Shown here: positions 22,481 through 29,432 of the stretch, piece by piece
How the letters are laid out: every line of letters begins with the position of its first letter
Numbering within the stretch: the first letter of the stretch is position 1
Assembly: GCF_006345805.1 (NCBI RefSeq)
Contig: NW_021832910.1
Span: 1 to 29,432, forward strand
DNA: 29,432 bases
Source: Octopus sinensis
Lineage: Eukaryota
Direction of reading: 5' to 3'
Program-made: the position numbers and the translations under genes
The notes under the pieces: generated by a model
The model's database searches: none
Seen by the model: the letters and a program-made list of their open reading frames with translations, nothing else
Told to the model about the DNA's origin: nothing

Positions 22481-23032
22481 GGTGGCTGCCCCCTCGTTAT
22501 CGAGTATGGCCGTTGCACGAAGCTTAATCAATGTTGTTACCGTGCAATGCTTGTGGAAGAAGATTTTTTTTAAAGTGAGGAAAGGCTGTGCACTGAGTCA
22601 ATTCCACTCACTAAACAACAGCAGCCATAATCCGAAAAGAAGAACAAGTTAACATCATCGGTAACCACTGAGCCGCAGGTTTTATGTCGGAGTTATCCCA
22701 GTTACCTGAGTTACCTTCTCCTAGAAGGATACCCTAACAAAGGCTAGGGGTCCTTCACTCCCAATGGTTTAACCGCGCGATCGGGTATTCAGTCCGATTA
22801 TTTCTATGTCCCCGCGCATGATACAGCCTTAAGACATTTATTGGATGGCCATTGACTCTCAGGAGTTCCTCCGCCCTTTGACGGGTTTTGTTTTTCATCC
22901 CACAGGGTGTCCAATAAACACCCTACCCACCAAGCAAGCTTGGTGGGGTTGCCGGTTTAGTCGCCGACGACCCGACCATGCAACAGGTAGTACTGGGTTA
23001 CATGTTACCAGTAGCACTCGAAAGTGGCCTGA
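22481..23032 (-). mobile_element. Non-autonomous RTE-like element (5'UTR-like part joined to a 3' end, no ORF) with (ATGT)n tail
   Basis: Minus strand contains CTAGGAGAAGGTAACTC, which resembles an RTE 5'UTR motif, and ends CTCGATAACGAGGGGGCAGCCACC followed by (ATGT)n (22380-22480). The 5' end is densely hairpinned. Family assignment is from recalled motifs only. Confidence 0.5.
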
Positions 23033-23424
23033 CATAACATACATACACACATACTTGGTGATTTTCTACTCCTTATGCGGAGTCTGAGCTCCTCTTGTCC
23101 CTAAACCTTAGAACCATCATGGCGTCTGATGTGGCTTTTTAAACGAAGCAATGTATTGAAAAAGACACCCACGTAGATCGCATATCTGATTTGGAGTTAA
23201 GTTCTGATCTTTATGGATCTTAAATGTGTTCTGAGGCCTCTGTTAGATTTGTAGACCGCATGGCATACACGGCATTGAAAAATGTGCACAGATATATAGG
23301 CAGAATAGTTGGTGGAGGTACGTTTTTCAAGGGTCCACGAATGAGATTTGAGCCCAGCAAAAGAAGGTCAGGGTCTGTTACAAACTGTGCACACAAAACG
23401 TCACTAAGATTCACTAAGATCGTA

Positions 23425-24060
23425 ACATACATACATACTTATATACATACATACATACGTACATACATACATACATACATACATACATACATACATACTT
23501 ATATACATACATATATACATACACACATACATACACACATACATACATGCATACATACATACACACATACATACATACATGCACACATACAAACACACAT
23601 ACATATACACATACACGCTACACACATACACACATACATATACACATACATACATATACGCATACATACATACATACATACATACATACATACACACATA
23701 CATACATACATGCATACATACATACATAGATACATACATACATACATACACACATACATACACACACACATACATACATACATACATACACACATACATA
23801 CATACATACATACACACATACATACATACACACATACATACATACATAAATACATACACACATACATACATACACACATACATACACACATACATACACA
23901 CATTCATACATACATACATACACACATACATACATACACACATACATACATACACACATACATACATACATACATACACACATACATACATACACACATA
24001 CATACACACATACATACACACATACATACATACACACATACATACACACATTCATACATA
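23425..24060. repeat. Long degenerate (TACA/CACA)n satellite tract
   Basis: Read directly; generates the 399-aa [11 protein letters not shown]. Confidence 0.95.
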
Positions 24061-24471
24061 CAAGGGTCGTTCTTTATGCTGTTTGTTTTGTTTTCCATTT
24101 GTGTCTTTAGTTGTTGGAAAGAATATTTTATGTTCCATGTACTCGTGCTTCGTACGTTTTTGTTGTACACGTTTTGTGCCCACATATGCAAATATATATA
24201 TATATATATATATACGTATAGATGTAAGTATGTAACATATACGTATGTATGTGCACACACACACACATACACACACACACACACACATACTATATATATA
24301 ATATATATATATATATATTGTATTATTACATACATGCTTACTTATGTGTATATACTTTTGTCGCACACCACTAAAAGTGTGTGTTTATACACACACCAGC
24401 GCATCTATGAATTTGAATGCTAAATATTTCCACATACACATGCATATTTCCACATGCATAAATACATACCT

Positions 24472-24701
24472 ATTTCTTTATTACCCACAAGGGGCTAAAC
24501 ATAGAGGGGACAAACAAGGACAGACAGAGGTATTAAGTCGACTATATCGACCCCAGTGCGTAACTGGTACTTAATTTATCAACCCCGAAAGGATGAAAGG
24601 CAAAGTCGACCTCGGCGGAATTTGAACTCAGAACGTAAAGACAGACGAAATACCGTTAAGCATTTCGCCTGGCGTGCTAACGTTTCTGCCAGCTCGCCGC
24701 C
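24472..24701 (-). mobile_element. SINE family B, full-length monomer
   Basis: Minus strand head GGCGGCGAGCTGGCAGAAACGTTAGCACGCC..., B-box-like GAGTTCAAATTCC, 3' end GCCCCTTGTGGGTAATAAAGAAATAGG. Confidence 0.9.
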
Positions 24702-24944
24702 TTAAAAAAACAACTACGCCTACCGCGACAATGTCAACCAATTGCTTTTGAAGTTCTCAATCTCTAGAATACACCTTTAAATATCAAGCGAACTTTTTGA
24801 AACCAGATTGAGTGGCTCAGAGATTCTGTTTCCGATTCTTCAAAGAAGTTCATCTCCAGTTCTATGTCTAACGGTTCTGCCAGCATAAATACATACCGTC
24901 ATACATGCGCTCACATACACACACTTTCTTTATCTTGCTCACTT

Positions 24945-25019
<75 letters not shown>

Positions 25020-25139
25020 ACACTCACACACACTCACACATACACAAGCCACGCTTGTACATCCCCTTGAAAGATTCAGTCAAATATATCGACCTTGGTA
25101 CTCATTTCTAAGCGTGGTACTTACTCTATCGATATGCTT

Positions 25140-25440
25140 TGCTGAAATGGTAATTTGCAGAAGTGTAATCAAGCCAACACCGGTTGTCAAGCACTGGTGG
25201 GGTACAAACACATGCATATAGACACGCAAACACACACGCATGCACACACACACAGGCACACACGCGCACACATACTCGCAAACATAAATATATGGTAGGC
25301 CTCCATGCAGTTTCTGTACACGAAATTCACCGGCAAGGCATTGATTGGCCCGGGTCTATAGTAGAAGACACTCGAGGTGCTGAGCAATAGGACTGAACCC
25401 GAAAACATTTGATTACAATGATATTCTTAACCTCACAGCA
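25140..25440 (-). mobile_element. Older, degenerate SINE-A-like copy
   Basis: CCAACACCGGTTGTCAAGC...GGGTACAAACACA...CTATAGTAGAAGACAC...GGACTGAACCCG. Confidence 0.7.
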
Positions 25441-25496
25441 ACACGTACACACAAACACATACACATACACACATATATAAATTCATGTATTTACGG

Positions 25497-25782
<286 letters not shown>

Positions 25783-26289
25783 ATATATTATATATATATA
25801 TATATAATATATATATATAATATATATATATATATGCAAGCATATACATGGTGCGGTGAGTAAATTGTCTCTCGCAATTTCTTTCTTTCTCTCTCTCTGT
25901 CTCTCTCTCTCTCTCTTTACACAAATTTAGATGCAGATGAATTAGGTACTTGAGTTGAGGCACCAGAATTTAGCACGGTATTATCCATACAATTCCAAAA
26001 CAAGGAGATTAAAATCAAAATAAGCAACAAGGATATCCAGAGGTAATGCAGTACGATTTTTTCAAGCAACTCCATTTAATTGAACAATGCAATTATTACA
26101 TCAATTTAAATGCTGAGCAATTGGTCGTGACTTCTGGGACTTGACTGATGAAAGAAAGCCAAGAATGACCCGTCTTATTTTGCCTGTCCTTCTAATTGTT
26201 GCTTCTCTTGTCCACCTTTTTATCGTCTACCTCTCCGAACGTTTTAATGCCCTCTATTCCGTTTTTGTTCCATTTTTATATATATATAC

Positions 26290-26322
<33 letters not shown>

Positions 26323-27239
26323 TGTATGTATAATACTATGCGGTCTCAGGGCATGGGCAGACTAGGCAGACGGGGTTGCTATTCAGGGTCTTCACAAGGG
26401 TCCCAATTCTGAACTATGTATGCAGTGGCTTACTGTCGGGAAAAAATATGATAGGGCACACTGTATTGATCTGTCTAGGGGGCCCTTAAGATCGCAAAAG
26501 ATGGACTCTATACGCGCACACACGCACACACACACAAATAAACACACATACACACACACACAATAATACACACTCATATGTATGTATGTATTTGTGGAAA
26601 AATTATATATACGAATAACATTAACGCTAGATAAAACTCAATATACGATGTAGAGTAAAATATTTCTTTTTAATAGGAGGCAATTTCTTCACTCACATAC
26701 ACACACGCGCGCGCGAGACACATACACACATACACACACATACACATACACACACATACGCACACATACGCATTCACACACACTCATACACACGCATATA
26801 CGCACATATATCACACATAATACAGTTGTACGCATGCGCTGATGAATTATCGGTTAATGAGGAAATAATTCACACCTCTCTTTATGTGTGTGTGTGTGTG
26901 TGTGCGCGCGTATTCGTGTATTAAATACGTACAGACATATTGTTATATACATCCACATCTATGTATAGCGATATATTATCTATATAGTGTACGTGTGTTT
27001 GTTTATGTGTGAATAAAAGTTATGTATGTGTGTGTGTGTGTGTGTGTGTGCACAAAAGATATATATTATTATATCTGTGTGTGTGCTTGTGTGTATGTGT
27101 GTGTGTGTGTGTTTGTGTGTGTGTTTGTGTGTGTGCAATCCATTTAGCTGCATTTATGCATGTGTGTGTTTACGTTGCGTGCGTTTGTGTGTGTCTCTGA
27201 GTATGTTTGCGTTTGTGTTTATGTTTATGCGGATAATGG

Positions 27240-27319
27240 CGAAAGAGAGAGACAGAGAGAGACAGAAAGAGAAACTGTGGGAGAGACACGGAGAGACAAG
27301 AACAAGGAGAAAAGAAAAC

Positions 27320-27353
<34 letters not shown>

Positions 27354-27545
27354 AGAGGGAGAAATAATGAGAGGAGAAAGAGAGGGAGAGAGGGTGAAAA
27401 GGAAAACAAGCAAGAGATGAAAAGAAAGAAATGAGCATAAAATAGACAGAATGAAGGAGGAAGGGTGAGAGAGAGAGACAGAGAGACAGAGAGATAGAGA
27501 CAGAGAGAGAGGGGGAGAAGGGAGAAAGAGAGAGAAAAGTAGAAA
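27240..27545. repeat. (GA)-rich low-complexity tract
   Basis: Read directly from the sequence. Confidence 0.9.
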
Positions 27546-27627
27546 GAGTGAACGAACAAGTTTCTTTTGTTATATCCATCCGACACTTAATTTCATGTCT
27601 TCCCATAATTAATGGATATAAACAGTA

Positions 27628-27800
27628 TTGTTGTTGTTGTTGTTGTTGTTGCTCTGATTAATGTCGTGGTTATTGTGGCTGTTGTTGTTGTTTTTGATGT
27701 TGTCACTGTTATTGTTGCCGATGTTGTTGTTGTTGTTGTTGCTGCTGCTGCTGCGGCGGCGGCGGCGGAAGCGGCGGCGGCATCGGCCATTGTTGTTGTT
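27628..27800. repeat. Compound (GTT)/(GCT)/(GCG) triplet tract
   Basis: Read directly from the sequence. Confidence 0.9.
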
Positions 27801-28199
27801 ACTGGTCGTTCTTGTATTATTTAATAACATGTCAACAATTACTGTTTAGAATATAAAAGATTTATAATATGCGTGTGTATGAATACATGTGTGTGTGCGT
27901 GTGTGTGTGTGCGTATCTGTATCTGTATATGTATGTATATCTATATGTGTGTGTATATATTAATATATATATGTGTGTGTGTATTTTTATATACATATAT
28001 ATACATGTATATATACATATTTACATATACATATATATGAATGTAAGTGTGTGTGTGTGCATGTGTACATTCATTCTTGTACACACACACACACATACGT
28101 AATACATATACGTAGGTATTTCCATATATATCAATTATTATCAGCTGCATAATCACTTCGCACGTGTCATCATTATCACTATCACCATCTCTTCTTTTA

Positions 28200-28215
28200 T
28201 TACCATCATCATCAG

Positions 28216-28251
<36 letters not shown>

Positions 28252-28460
28252 TCGTCGTCGTCGTCGTCGTTATCATAATCGACGTAGTTTTCACAAACCT
28301 CCGAATTTCTCATCTTTCTCACCACCACCACCACCGCCACCACCGCCACCACCGCCACCACCACTATCTTCCTTTTTCTTTCTCCCTTTTCCTTTCTCCC
28401 CTCGTCATCATCCTCATCATCATCGTCATCATGATCATCATGACCAATATCATTAACATC
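28200..28460. repeat. Compound (CAT)/(CGT)/(CAC) triplet tract
   Basis: Read directly from the sequence. Confidence 0.9.
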
Positions 28461-28747
28461 ATTTCTATGATTAAGGGTAGCTAAATCGTTAACTGCGTCG
28501 TACTCCTTGAAATATTCAAATGTGTTCTTTACAATCGGAGTTCGAATCCCGCGGAGGTTCAACCTTACCATTCAATCCTGGGGAATCAATGATATAACAG
28601 TCAAGTATTTGTGTCAGTAGTATCGACCAAACCCTCCCCTCAAATTCTCTTGATCTCGCACCTAAATTACAAACCATTATGTAGCAGAGTATAGGCAGAA
28701 TGGTTAAACCGACAGAGAATCGGCTTGCAATATTTGTTCTGAGACTA

Positions 28748-29290
28748 AGGCGGCGAGCTGGCAGAATCGTTAGAACACCGAGTGAAATGCTTAGCGGTAT
28801 TTCGTCTGCCGCTACGTTCTGAGTTCTAATTCCGTCGAGGTCGACTTTGCCTTTCATCCTTCGGGGTCGATTAAATAAGTACCAGTTACGCACTGGGGTC
28901 GATATAATCGACTAATCCCTTTGTCTGTCCTTGTTTACCTCTCTGGTTAGCCCCTTGTGGGTAGTAAAGAAATAGGATTCGTCTGACGTTACGTTCAAGT
29001 TCAAATTCCGCCGAGGTTGACTTTGCTTTCATCCTTCGGGGTCGATTAATAAGTACCAGTTACGCACTGGGGTCGATATAATCGACTAATCCGTTGTCGT
29101 CCTGTTTGTCCCCTCTATGGTTAGCCCCTTGTGGGCAATAAAGAAATAAGAATCGTTACATCTCCAGCTAAAGTGTTTTGTAAGATTTCTTTCAACATTT
29201 TAGGTTTCGAGTTCAAATTCCACCGAGGTCGATTCGACTTTCGTCATTTTCTGGTCGATAAAAATAAAGTACCAGTCACGTACTTTATTT
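28748..29290 (+). mobile_element. SINE family B: head plus tandem body units (~177-bp period)
   Basis: Head AGGCGGCGAGCTGGCAGAATCG at 28748; TTCGTCTG starts at 28801 and 28978; a third, degenerate body near 29205. Confidence 0.85.
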
Positions 29291-29432
29291 GGTCAATGCA
29301 ATTGACCAAATCCTTCCCTTCTAAATATTAGGCTTCGCGCCGATATTACAAACCGTTATCACGATTAAGTTTTCTGGTGCTGCTTTTGTTCATGTTATCG
29401 TTGTTGTTGTTGATGTTGTTTCTCCTTAGCCC

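Noticed and set aside
23224-24423. 399-aa ORF, the longest in the window
   Set aside because: Mostly a translation of (TACA/CACA)n. The tract is stop-free on several frames and has no recognisable domain.
26139-26180. CTGATGA followed by a T-rich cassette; the ORF resembles a signal peptide
   Set aside because: No stem II or GAAA core. The hydrophobic ORF reflects T-rich composition and runs into a microsatellite.

Overview
Eukaryotic, AT-rich, repeat-saturated non-coding DNA. The SINE families and compound microsatellites look like an octopod cephalopod genome (my recollection, not a database result). I cannot support any intact protein-coding gene; most ORFs in the track are microsatellite translation artefacts. 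The window holds many copies of four tRNA-derived SINE-like families (my labels A-D), a decayed hAT transposase (~14.0-15.7 kb), an internally deleted DD41D (rosa-type) Tc1/mariner fragment, a non-autonomous Helitron, an RTE-like non-autonomous element, and long di-, tri- and tetranucleotide tracts. The strongest unexplained signal is a set of hammerhead ribozyme motifs in short non-coding cassettes embedded in (TA)n/(TG)n tracts. One is a complete type I hammerhead on the minus strand (2099-2163) inside a 148-bp structured element flanked by 8-bp direct repeats. One is a minimal dimer-type hammerhead (25647-25681). There is also a decayed core (~3.6 kb) and a half-hammerhead at the turn of a 95-bp fold-back (13.5 kb). 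These point to Penelope-like or retrozyme-like ribozyme-processed retroelements. Repeat boundaries were placed by eye and are approximate.
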